From: Botryllus schlosseri
Taxonomy: Eukaryota
DNA length: 64,000 bases
Direction of reading: 5' to 3'
Assembly: GCA_051294905.1 (NCBI GenBank)
Contig: CM119371.1
Coordinates: 18,230,001-18,294,000 of the forward strand
Notes under the pieces: model-generated
What the model saw: only the letters and a program-made list of their open reading frames with translations
Databases searched by the model: none
What the model was told of the DNA's origin: nothing
In this document: piece by piece, positions 10,502-23,600 of the stretch
How positions within the stretch are numbered: the first letter of the stretch is position 1
Layout: each line of letters starts with the position of its first letter
Program-made: the position numbers and the translations under genes

Positions 10502-13500
10502 ACGGCTGTTAAGATATTTTTTCTCACGTGTAAAATTTTCACCGCATGATGTCTCGTTCTTGTAAAAATATGGCTCGACATCGCATAGCAACTCAGGATA
10601 TGTCAGAAGATGTAAGAAGTTATTTCACATTCATGTATATTGTATATATTGTCGCTCACAATCCACGGAAAATCCATTCTCACATATAGATTCGTTCGGT
10701 GACAAATAATGAGAATTTATGTGAATAGGGAATTATGCAAACTCTGAAACTCACTCTAAATTGAGCTACTTGAAAGCGATACTTCTGCAGTCGCGGTATT
10801 GCGCGGTATCGCCAGTCGAATAATTCATCTTCGCAATTCTGACCTTGTTCATTTTGTCAGTGTAAATGTTAATCAAAATAAATGGTAATAAATTATCTTT
10901 TCTACGGGACAAAACTTCGTTCATCCAATTTGTGCATATTTTTATCAGCTGAAGCAAGCAATCTGCTCAACACATACACACAATGCGATAAACAAGACAC
11001 ACACTGCGACGTTATGAACAGATAGGGGGATGCCGAGCGACCAGTCAGTTGGGGTGTCTTCAACTGGCATCCACCTCGACCTAGTGCCCGATGTCACAGC
11101 CTTCTTTGATGTTATTCTTTCTTCGCCAGTCCTTTTTTGAAGCTATTTCTTGCATTCTTTATCGTGTCTTTTTTCTGGGCTTTTTTTGTCGCCGTAAGAA
11201 CCGCGACACGGGTGACGAGGAGCCCATAATAACCTCCGACGGCGGACATCGCACCCGAGCCGCCTGCTCGGATGTCGCCGACTCTCACCAATATGCTACC
11301 TCCCCCCTAGATTGTATAAAGACGGATTGACATCGTGAAGAAATTAAACGAACAGCCACATACAGCCCTAAGTAGTGATAGAAACATGTTCAATGCCATT
11401 GAAGCTGCGTATGCATTATCTAATTTGATAGCTGATTTGGCAATTGCCGGTCAAAAATTCCAAATTTGTTAATACATTGGGTAAAGGAACTTTTGAAGTT
11501 GACTTGTCGATTTCGTTGGCTATAACATCACACTGTCACCATGTTATCAATATCTTGCTGTTGCCAGAGCTCCACACTGTTAATGTCATGGACGATATAT
11601 TTAGTATGATAGCTGTACCTTCGTGTAGCTCATGTTTAGTGTTGCATCGGCCGCTACGTATCGCAGTTGAAATTGATTGCTTACGTGGAGATTATGGTTC
11701 AGGCGAATGGACGTATAGGCTACAATTGGCCGGCAGATCACATGCGACGGTGAGAGAGATATCCCTGAGAGAGACGTTGACTTTTGTTGTTGTGTCCTTC
11801 TGGCAATTTTTGTTTTAATCATTTTAATAAACTTCGCATAATAGCTAAATAAGCTTGATTTCGTGGCATTAGGAATATCGACATTATTTTCAGCAATTGT
11901 GATAGTCGTCATCGGGGATGTAGGCTATGATTTGTTTCGCCCTCACTAATTTTTTCCTTCGTATTCGAAGGCGTAGCCTACAGATTCACGCCGTAAATAC
12001 TCGAACCACTGGATGGTAAGTCCACCATAAGTTACTGTCATAATTACATAAGTTCCGAATCAAGTAAAGTCCTTTCACTTCATGAAAGATGTGTGTCATA
12101 TTCCATCCACACCCCTAAAACCGACCGCCTACGACCCAATTTCTTCTTGTAATGTAAGTTTTGCTTCCTCCCGTGTTCCTATAGTGCTAGCCTCTCGACA
12201 CCACTGAGCTACAGCCACACCCTACCAATATTGATCACTCCCGAATAAAACAACAACACACAAGCGTACATAATATGCAATCCTTGCATAGACGAGATTA
12301 TTGAAAGGTTGATAAGGAACTAAGCGATGCAACGGCTACAGAGAACGAACGATTTGAAGTCAACGCCACTAAATTAGGAATAGGAAAAGTAACAGCATAT
12401 CGGCCAAGCCTCAGTGCTAGAGCTAAGCACATATTAATCGCTGATCTTTTGAGGAAATACATTTGAACAGGCGGTGATCGCGAAGCAAATATCTCAGGAA
12501 CTTGAATTATTCAAACCAAAATACAAGAGATTTTTGACTAGTATGCGAGTATAGTATTCTGTTTTGAATTCGGGTTTTTCGCAGGGCGGTAATTGTGTCA
12601 CAACAATGAGATTAGTTCAACAGATCTCTGACAATGTCTTCACACTGAAAAAGACGAATTCACAATTCCGGGTATGCAATTACTGTGAACTACAAGATTT
12701 TTTGACGCACAACTTTTACCATTCAAACATCTGAAAAAGTTGTGAAGTCCTAAAAACAGACGTCATCAATCGCGAAATCGTCACAAAGCTAAAATACTCG
12801 AGTATACAAAACAAAAAAAGTATTGCAAGCGGAATGTGACTAATAGACAAGCGCCGGACCTGCGTCAATGTCTTAGCCTGGATGACAATTGTGGTTGTAG
12901 ACAAAAATGAATCACAATGTCGACGAATACGAGACTACATGTTGGTGAGTAAGAGACTGTGAAAACTCAAGCAGGCTTACATCCCGAAATCGATTACGAA
13001 TTCAGCACTGGAAAATTAGTCACACCGAGAGATACTATCAATTTCCCGGTCGTAATCAGGCGATACAATATTTTCACTTCGACGCTGTCACAGTTACCCC
13101 ATGTACGTTTGCTGCTGAATCAAAACAAATTTCGATTCCTAAACAGATGCATAGCTTATTTCTGAAGATGCGTAAGTCTAGAGGTGGTCAGTAAAGAAGC
13201 AGTTCTGCTTTTACAGAGTACTCAAATAGATTTGTATTTACTCGAATAGATCTTTTTACATCACTTACCCTTCTACCTTTCTACCTAACATTATTTAAAA
13301 TAAAACTACTTGCTTTTTAGATATTTGATAATACAAAGTAGAGACTAGCTGGGACATGCATCACTTTTTTGAGAAAAGTCGTCAGTACTGGCCGAAATGG
13401 TCCTTGCGTCACAGTAAGCGGATACATTTTCGAAAATTAGTAAAACTGGTGATGACCGACCCGATTGGCGCTCAGATGCCGCAAAAACATCAAAGACAAA

Positions 13501-13871
13501 AACAAACAGCATCCTGTCCCATCCTTGAGTACATTTCAAACCCTCATTATTGCTCCCACTTGAAATAGTTATGACATATCTTCGAAATATCTATCTACCT
13601 CTACTTGTAATACAGTTGAAATTTAACCCATTACTTTTACTTCTGGTAGAGTATTAAAGCTACCTGCTTCGACCACCTCTGGGTGCGACGCAATGAAAAC
13701 AGATGGCATCGCATAGTCCACATAAAAACTGAAAATACGATTGGAATGCTGAATGAAAACACTGAATTAAAATTAAATTGAAGAACTTTTTCTGATCTAA
13801 ATAAAGAATACGTAGGTACACAAGTAAAATGAAGGCAACGATCAACGGCTGACATCTTAAGACATCTCGAA

Positions 13872-14299
13872 CAGGGTTGTAATGACTCGAGACAAGATTT
13901 ATTGGTGACTCGAGTCCTTTTGTTACATGCGAACAATGACTCGACTCGAGTCAATTTGTGTATTGAATCGACTTGTACTCGAGTCATTGCGTATGACTCG
14001 AGACGCGAAGGGCCGAGAGCTTTCATTGTAACTTCGAAGACTAGTAAAGTTATCACTTTATTGGTATTTTGTCTATCAGTACTGGTACTTGAAAAATAGG
14101 GCCAGAAACTGATAAGAGTAAGGAAATTTACTGTATGTATATAGTGGATTGGGCATGCCTTAACCGAAACTGAACAGTGAACATAATGACTTGGTCACGG
14201 TCGTCTGCTTGCCGACTTGGACTCAACTTGACTCGAGTCAAAACTATAAATGTAGGGTTGACTTGTGACTCGGAACCTTGTGACTTGGTTACAACCCTG
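13872..14299. mobile_element. hAT-type MITE family with GACTCGAGTC subterminal repeats
   Basis: TIR CAGGGTTGTAA/TTACAACCCTG; degenerate TSD ATCTCGAA/GTCTCAAA; further copies at 19868-20381, 26003-26445, 26582-27051 and an older copy ending at ~27713. Confidence 0.85.
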
Positions 14300-14626
14300 G
14301 TCTCAAACGACGCAAAAGTGGTTGCGCCGAGATGTAAAAACTCACAATGACGTCACGATGTTCAAATGGCGGAAAATTGAGAACAAAGATCACTGTTTTG
14401 TTACGATGAGGGCAGATTACGCCTGCTGAAGACAGCACGAATTTTGATTCGAGATTTGAGTATATCTGGATTAGGACAATCGGGAATAATCTCGGCAGTT
14501 CTCGTCAGCGAATTTGCGCAAAGATTTGGACGTGATACCAAATAAATTCACGATTTGAATTACATAGTCTCGTACGAATATCGGGTTGAAGTACAGAATA
14601 ACGAAAGTGCGAATCGTAAAATGTTG

Positions 14627-14655
14627 CTAGACCTCTTCGTAGATGTCTTCGTCAG
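14627..14655 (-). CDS. FYB-like terminal coding exon
   Basis: tttttgcag|(A)DEDIYEEV*. Confidence 0.75.
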
Positions 14656-17600
14656 CTGCAAAAATAACGACAAACATTTAACCAAAGATAGAGGGAAAGA
14701 GAAACTTGATTGATGGGAAGGTCTATAAGCTGAGGCTACTTTGCCGCTACCAGAGATTGGCGTTGGACCAGGATTTTAGTAAACAGAGTTTAAAGACAGT
14801 GGTCAGATTTGCAAATTTTATGCTGGATTTGTACGTTTGGAATTTCCAGTATGTTCTAATTTCCATGCAACTTCCGCATAATCGACAGTTATCAAGTCAT
14901 AACGCACTGTGGCTTTCCATTTAGTGTTCATTCATGCCTCTTCTTTACATTGTGTAGGCCCGGACATTTCAGAACACCAGCATCACGATTCACGCCGAAC
15001 TACAACTCTGTTTTCTAGTTGTACAGCAACTGAACTTTTTTCTTAAATGTGCAATCAGGACTAGAACTACTTTTTTTTTTCAAAATCCGCAACTAGAACT
15101 AGAACTAGTCACTTCTCGAAATTCGCAACTGGAACAACAACTACTCGCTTTTCAACATTCGCAATTAGAACTAGAACTACACAAAAAAACCAGAAGTCAG
15201 TTGACCGTCAAATAACCAGATTCGTAGCTCGAAGAATTCTTCAAATCAACTCGTCTCACACCTGTTTGGTCATAGATAACTTCGTCCTCCATACCCATGG
15301 GGGGTATGCTGGACGAGGACATGTCCATACTGGGTCGGGCCCCGCCGGCAACCCCCATCATACTTCGAAGGTCGTCGATTTGAATGTCGATCTTGTCAGA
15401 GTCCACGTATCCGACTGAAGGCAAAAAGGGAATTTAATCGGGGAGCGGTCAAAGCAGTCAGCATTGCTACTCATGCAGAAGTGACAACATAAATTTCTAC
15501 TCAATTACGGGTAGAAGTGGTTGTCCAATACATGTCCAAACTAGTCTGGGACGATTCCCAAAGTAAATTTGTTGGAGCACTGCATACTTTTGGCGGCTAA
15601 TCGGAGGTGGCTACTTTGGAATGAAGCTGCATCTTCTGGACTAATTACTAGGACTAATTACTAGGGTCTAAAACAGTCAAAATTTTGTCAAAACTGTAGC
15701 GTTAGGTCGACGTTTTTTGCAACCTGCATTTCGTTTGTATCGTAGATTTTGCACTGTCGGTGAACTTAGCATTTGACATTTTACAGCTTGCAGCCTACTT
15801 TATAGGCCTACCATACGGCCCATTGTCTGCTCATTGTCAAGCATAAACATTCAAATGAAGCAAACAGGTTGACATGGTGTTATGCTCAACGTACCGCAAT
15901 ATCCCAACTGAAGCAAGACTGCGTGGGCATTGCACGGTTCTTATATCAAAAAGCGCATGATGAAAAATTGTGATGTAGACACCATTGTAAGAATGAAGCA
16001 ACACGGTTTGTCACCAGCTGTGTACGCACAACTTTAGTGTGTCAGCCAACAACTGCTGCTGTTGAACGTTCTTTCTCCATTCTTGGCAAGCTACTTGGTA
16101 AGGACAGACATTTTCTACCCGAGAATGTAGGAAAGTATCTTTCGTTGTAGTACAACAAATTTTAATCATTTCTACCATACTGCGTGATGTAACTACTGGA
16201 TTTCTTCATAGGGCCAGATTTCGTGAAAATAAAGTCTTTTCATGTAAAAATTTGTCAGTTTTGAGTCAAAAAAGTTTTTTCATGCCAAACTACTTCGTGA
16301 GGACAGACAGTTCCAACTAGAAATGAAGATAAGTAATACAATTCTAACAATATGTGGGAAAACACCTGATTTGCATACGTTAGGTCAAAATTTGGTTAAA
16401 ATTAAGTTTTTTAAGGTCAAAAAAAGTCAAAATTTTGATTTTTTAGGTCAAAATCTTCTATTTTTAGGTTAAAATAAATCGCCTTACTAATGACACTATG
16501 GACATGTGAATTTTTCAAAATCGGTTAACGCGATACAGGGGCTCTTTCGCCCACTTGTCATGACAATATTACTCATGAAATTAGCGCAACCGTCTCCCAG
16601 AACTAATGTAAAGATTAAAAACTAAGTAGTTTTGCCGAATTTGAAAAGCATAATGTAATTTTGGGATAAGTATGCATTGCTTTTACGAGTGATATTGCCG
16701 TAAGAACAGCGCGATGGCCCAGACACTGCCAAGACCAAGACGATTGGAAAACGGCTTAGGGCTTCCTTACAAGATCAAGCTTTACAATTAGATAGTATTT
16801 CAGCTAGTACCTTGTCACGCTAGCCCCAATATCGATTCCTTAGTCACTGAAAAGCGTTTTCAGGTACCGTACGCAGCTCATAGTTCAAAATAAAACAAAA
16901 TTGACGATCACAATAGTTTTTGTTGTATTTGTGCTTCTTTAATAAAATATTACATCTTTTGTGGTTACTATACCCGTCGCCAATGTTAGAGAGCACAGCG
17001 TTGTAGTGACGTAAAAGTGTGGCCTATTTTATGTCGATATTGCGTTCTCAGGGCCTCTACGATGTTTGAAAAGTGGTCCGGGCCCGTTTTGAGTTGGCGA
17101 CCCTTCCTCTAATATGTATGCACTGAGTCAAGAGAGTTGTGTCACTCACATTCCCCGTTGTTGTTTCGGACCAGCATTTTCCCTTTCGGATTGTCCGTCA
17201 TTCTGATAACGTCGACGGCCTCGCCGGCAGTCAACGCCAACGCGCCCTTGCCTTTCGCCTTGGCATTTTCCTTCGCAAACGCCTTGCCCACGTGATTGAT
17301 ATCGCCTTCCGCAGGTAACTGTAAACACGGTAGGCTTGTAGATTTCGAGATATTGAGTGCGGAACAGATTCGTACTATATACTGGATTTTCAAAATGCGA
17401 AACTAGACCTGGAACTACTCACTTTTCAAAACGTGCAACTAGGCTATTGCTCGCGTCATTGCCAAAGTCAAATTAAATCGGAGTTAGATATATCTTCGAA
17501 TACTGGAACAGACAAATACCAACATCATTATAAAATTAATGTGGCATGGTAGTTGGTATTGTATTATGGTGTGTCTTCATTTTATCCCCCAGTCAGTCCG

Positions 17601-20600
17601 AGGTTTAAGGTTTTTGAAGCAGTTTTGGAGTGAATTTCAAGTTCTCAAATCATTAAAAGATACGTGGTGTTTAAATATTGTCGAATACATGAAATTTCCA
17701 AATCCCGTGAGCCGCGTATCTGAGACCCTTCACTTTTTTTTATCATGGTTATGATGCTGTCAGCATTCTGTGTCCTAGAGCTAAACCAAAAGTGAAAAAT
17801 CAGCAAATCAATGAACAGATCGTTTTTGGCTAACAATCTCAATTTTATGAAGTGCGACCCGCGAATAGAATCAGATGTTGAACACAACCAACTGATACCG
17901 GATAATTTACGAATTACTGAATAGCAAATAAGCCAAGAATTATTGGAGATTGATTCAGCATCAAGAGTTAGAAATGGGAGGTGTTTTGGCTCCCAAAGCC
18001 TACTCCGGCTACGTCACTGTTAGCAGTGATGACTCAGAGCAGTGGCTGCAAGAACATCACGCAACAGAATTCCGATTCACGTCAAACGCAGCCAGTTCTA
18101 CAATTAATTTATCTTATTTGCGGATGGAACTAGAACTATGGTACTCAAATAACAAGTAATTATTAGTTGACCGTCACGCAACTACATGTGCATAATATCG
18201 TGTAGCACTAACGTGAATACACACATTTACGACTGCGGTTCTTCGTGCCACGATTTTCAATTTGTTGCGACACGTTTTTGGTCGTTTGGGACTAGGATTC
18301 AAAGTCGCAATTTTCGAGCGGTTGGAGTGCGGGGTTAGGACATTTCCGTCGTTTGGGAGTAGCAGTCAGATCCCACTTTTTAATTTGAGCGTTTCTGGTG
18401 TCAGTTTGATCATGATACGAAAGGAATGCCGGATTGGGACGCAATTCGAAATGAATGCTGGATTGGCCATGATACAAAAAGAAATCCTCAATTTTGACTT
18501 GGATTCATACAAGACACAAGATCAATTCTTGATTTTGACGTGGATTTTCTCACATCCAAAACAGTATTTGGAATATTACATTCGATCATCATTGCTGAGG
18601 ACAGATATCACAATGTCTGGGTCAAAGATCGAGGTAAACGGGAGACATAGCCACCTTTTGCCCCCTGGCCACGGCCCTTGTCTGCCGAAGGGATAAAAAC
18701 TAGAAAAATTGGGCATCGCACACACAAAGCATCGCAATAATAAGAAGATATGAAACAGTCCGTTTCTTGAAAATACGGTTGGCGGTACTCAACTTGAGTG
18801 TTGCTACAACTACATTCAATGCTCGAAGACTTTTCGTGCGCCCCCCATCGAGAGTTAACGGCACAATGACAAGCATACAGAAAAAGATTCATTTCATAGT
18901 TACATTGAACTTTTTCCGCATATCTTTTTCTTTCTTTTCCGATGCCTTTTTCTTCTTGTCTTTCTTGCTGCCCTCTTGGCTTCTGTTATCGAACAAAGAC
19001 CGTGTCATTACATTTCGTAAACGGCAATTATTTTCGACGGCAGGTTCTCAGGTTTGGCGCAGGCATTGAGTTAGTTTGACAAGTTCAAATCAAAGTTAAT
19101 AAAATCATTAATTCAACTCGAATTGTGAGACAAAATAAGCCACACACTTTAGCAAAAATTTACGACAGTAGGGAACGCCGTGTTCTCAAACATGGGCGAC
19201 GTGCATTGTTCCGCAAAAGTAATTTTCTATCAAAGAAATGCAAATATAACAAAAATATCATGATCATCAATTTCATTTTCGTGTCAACTATGAGCTGCGA
19301 ACGATATCCGACAACGCTATTCAGCGACTAAGGAATCGATGTCGGGGCTAGCGTGACACAGAACTAGATGAAAGACTATCTCCTCGCAAAGCTTGATCTT
19401 GTGGGGACGCCCTAAGCCGCTTTTGAGCTGGGAGGTCTTGGTAATAACTGGGCCATTGCATTTCAAGGCAATACGTGCCCATTAACATCAACTGATTCTC
19501 TCTCGAGGCCGTTTCATCTGGTGAGGAATAGCGATGTTGAGCACAGGCGACTAACGACAATATTTTGAAACTGAAAGAAATTTCAGCGTCTCAAAATGCT
19601 GTACTTAGAGTTGTTCCGCAATCTCGTATCCGATCGCGGGCTGCAAAATATGACCGTGACGGTAACCTCTGTTCTGGTGTATCACATTATACATTTTGGG
19701 TCTTGGGGGGGGATATGAAAATAATAGACGCCGCCGATTACAGCTATGGTACCCCTCTCAACTATATACTTATTAATACAGGGCTGGGCAAAATCGCGTA
19801 GCAGTGAGATTCCATTCCGAATCGAGTACGATATTGAACTTTGGGTCGAGAATCGCTTACTATGCACCAGGGTTGTTACCAAGTCACAAGGCTCCGAGTC
19901 ACAAGTCAATCTCACTTTTATAGTTTTGACTCCAGTCAGGTCGAGTCATTTTCAACTCACCACAGAGTCAAGTTCGAGTCCCATTCATCAGGCATAGGGT
20001 CGAGTGCGAGTCATGCCATTATGACTCGAGTCCGAGTCCAAGTCACTATTTTGACTGCTCAGTTTCCAGTTAAAGTCTTCCTAAACCCACTTTTTATAAC
20101 TCTGTTTGGTGATATCGAATGGTGTGTATATATAGTATACTGATTTTCCTCCCTTTTAGCAGTTTGTGGTCGAAACATGTCGCATTTTCAAGTACCAGTA
20201 CCAATAGACGAAATCCCAATAGGGTGGTCACTTTACTATTCTTCGAAATTACAAAGAATTGTCGGTCTTGGCCGTCTGAGTCTCGAGTCATATGACTTGG
20301 TTCAAGTCATGCGCAATGACTCGAGTCCAAGTCAAGTCATTTCCGTATTTTGAGAAAGTGACTCGAGTCATTGCAACCCTGCCATGCACTCACAGCCGTA
20401 TGAATGATGCAAAATATCCAAATATGCGCCTTTTTAACGACTGAAAAGAATATCAATTAAACCTTATTTGGCAGTTTTTCGACCATACCAACTTTATTTG
20501 ACGTAGTGACAATGTGTTGATCACGACTTCGCAGATATGTCATGTCCAATGATCGTTTACAAATCATTGCGCCCAGTTCTACTTATCAACAAGATCGCTT

Positions 20601-23600
20601 GCGTTTCACGCCGTGATTTCCAGGCGTTGTTTTAGGATAGGCCTTTGAAAATTAACATTTTGCAGTGTAAAAGTCATTCACCCTAGGTTCGTTGGGGGCG
20701 GCGGCTGCTGCTGCTTCTGCTGCTCAAGCTGAAGCCTCTTGAACTTCATGTATTCGTCCACATCCTCGTACATGTCTTCACCCTGATATCACGAAAAACG
20801 GGAATTACAAAAGAGAACAGTGATCAATACGTGGACACGGTCTGCAAATATTTAACATCTACTCCTGCATTAGTTGAAGTAACACTGTAAATCTCTGCTC
20901 AATTACAGATGGAAGTAGCAATTTCAAAGACATGTCCAAACTACATCAAGGGTGTGAATAATACTTAAGATAGCGTAATGGTGGAGCGTCCGGCTTCTTG
21001 ATCGGTGAATCGTGGGTTCAATCCCCGGCCGGGTCAGACAAAAGACCTGATTAGTAACACTGGTATCCATGACTCAGCTCAACATTACCGGGATACCACG
21101 AAGGGGTGGTGCAAGACCTAAAAAGCTGTACAAGGCTATATCTTCACCTTCCTTGTCCAGCGGCTCAAGCACATCATGCACTCACGGCATGCATACGCAC
21201 AGACCGCGTGTACTTACATCATGAGCCTGTGTGTATGCCGCAAAAAAGGTTGCCCGACATATCAACTTGCGACACAATGGAAGACGAGAGTCGAGCATGG
21301 GACACTTCAGCATGTGACTTTATGACCCAAAAACTTACCCTACCCGAAACATTATCCTCCAAACCTAACCCTAACCCAACAATAAATCCATCCCTAACCC
21401 ACCCCAACCCGTAATTTAACCCACATGCTCATGTGCCGCATGCTCATTAGGGGTATTCACAAATGACTTTTTTCCTCAAATTGTAATGGCTACTTGATAA
21501 AATTGTTAGGTTACCTAATTTAAGCCTACACACAGAATTTGGTTCAATTCCAGCCAGCAGCCGCATTGCTACAGAAGATAGTTTCTATTTATTATGCAAA
21601 AATAATTAAACAAAAATGTCAAAATTCTCTGTTCACCCCGTGAAAGTGTTAGGTTGTCTATGGACACGATGTTCACCAAATTTGCCTCAATTCCAACCAG
21701 TGGAAGCGGAGTTATTGCCGTCGAAACCTTTGGATTTGAATAAAATAGTATTTACAGTGGGCACAACTATAATAAATAATTAAAGAATTGGTCACCGTAA
21801 ATACTATTTTATTGATAATCCAAATTTTTCGACCACAATAACTTCGCTTCAACTGGTTGGAATTGCGCCAAATTTGGTGTGTATCATCTCTACTGACAGC
21901 CTAACAATTCTGTGGGTCGGCAGAAAATTCTAATTTTCTGATTGATTTTATTTTTTTATATAATAAATACCAAGCTCTCTACTGCAAGAACTTTGCTTCT
22001 ACTGGTTGGAATTGAGTCAAATTTGGTGTGCAGCGATTTTTTAGCCAACATATTACTTTTATCAAGTAGCCAGTGAAATCTGAAGAAAAATTTTTTTATA
22101 AACAGGATTATTGTCGACGGACCCACAAAAACATCAAGAACAGAAATATGCTACGCTATGCTACGTTTTGACATGCCTTAGAACAGTGGTTCTAAACCTT
22201 TTTGGACCGTCACGTACCTCCGCGAACCCCCATAAATTTTGGTTCAAATTTAGGTCACTTATCGTGCAATTGTCATCTGTCCGGTGCAAATATTACTTGC
22301 TATAGGCTGGTGATCAAAAGCAACAAAAGTGACTTTTCTTGAAAATAATACACTATACGTAGAAAACGGGGAGGCTTTTTTTACATAGCGAATTCCGCCG
22401 CTGAATTTCATGAAATACGTGGTCGTGTCTTGAAATTCGATTTGACATTGTAAAAACATTCACCGCTTATCGCCTGTCGAGCGACGGTAAACCAATTCCA
22501 CCGAGATAATTGGTGGCGAACGTAATATGCCTGCTAACGAGTAAAGCTCTTGGCACATATATGCCACAAAAATTGAAAAACTGATTAATTAATGAACATA
22601 TCACGTACACCCTAGTTATTTTTATCTACCAGCACATCTTGTTGAAGTTACTCTAGAATAGTATGGTTATGAATATCGAAGGAGAACAGGGATTCGGCGG
22701 TGAATTTTCACTCCCCATATTTGCACGGATCAGGAGAAAGACTTCAGGTATTTTTATGTTAACGACTGTTCCCTAATTCGCCGAGGCTAACAACTTCAAA
22801 TCAAAGCCGGTTTGCAAGTATTTCGAAGCCAGCCTTACTACTGCAACTTTTTATTTTTTCCACAAACCCCAACAAACGTGTCGAAGCAGCTATATACGTT
22901 TGTATCAGTAGACTATTGGCAATTGAAATGAATTGCCACATTAGGATGTTTCATGCCAGGTCTGTTGATGTGACTCCTGAAGTTCCATCAGTTATGCAGC
23001 GAAACTGTCTCGGGATTTCCCTATAGTTTACAAAACTTTCAAATTAGGTTTTCAATAATTTTGCAAATTCGGAGGATTCGCGGACCCTTCGGTTGAAAAC
23101 CACTGTCTTAGAAATTGCTACTTCCACACTTCCACTAGAGCCCGAACGATAAAGACTTCGCCCGTTCTCTGTTAAAATAATCAAATAAGACACTGAAAAC
23201 AGGGATACTGACCTCAGCCTCTTGTGGAATGCCTCCGTCAGATGGGTGTGCGGCTGCGAAAAAAAAATGATAGAATTCAAGTAATCCTAGGTACAGGCTG
23301 TGTGTACTGTGTCCATTAGGGTTGTTATTCTCTGGATTCCCGGGATTCACCGATTTGATTGATAGATTAGCTAAAATAATCGCTGCACACCAAATTTGGC
23401 TCGATTGCAACTGGTATATGTCAAGGTACAGGAGTTTGAATACTTTGAATATAGATAACTAACCTACAGATAGATACGCAACACCCGCCGTCACGCTTGC
23501 TTGCCCGGAGGAAATTACTGCTCAGCAATCTGAACGCAGCATAATTGCTAATCCCATAGCTCAAATTCAATATTGTTGATCTTATTTGAAAGTTACTGTC

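Noticed and set aside
11444..11912. Opposite-strand ORFs of 124 and 103 aa
   Set aside because: No recognisable homology and no fit to either gene's exon chain.
18262..18696. 144-aa + strand ORF in a FYB-like intron
   Set aside because: No recognisable domain or splice context; ends in a GGCCACGGCCCTTG hAT-like terminus, so probably a TE remnant.
20965..21035. Second tRNA gene
   Set aside because: A and B boxes are present but there is no acceptor stem, and the sequence continues into a multi-copy SINE body.
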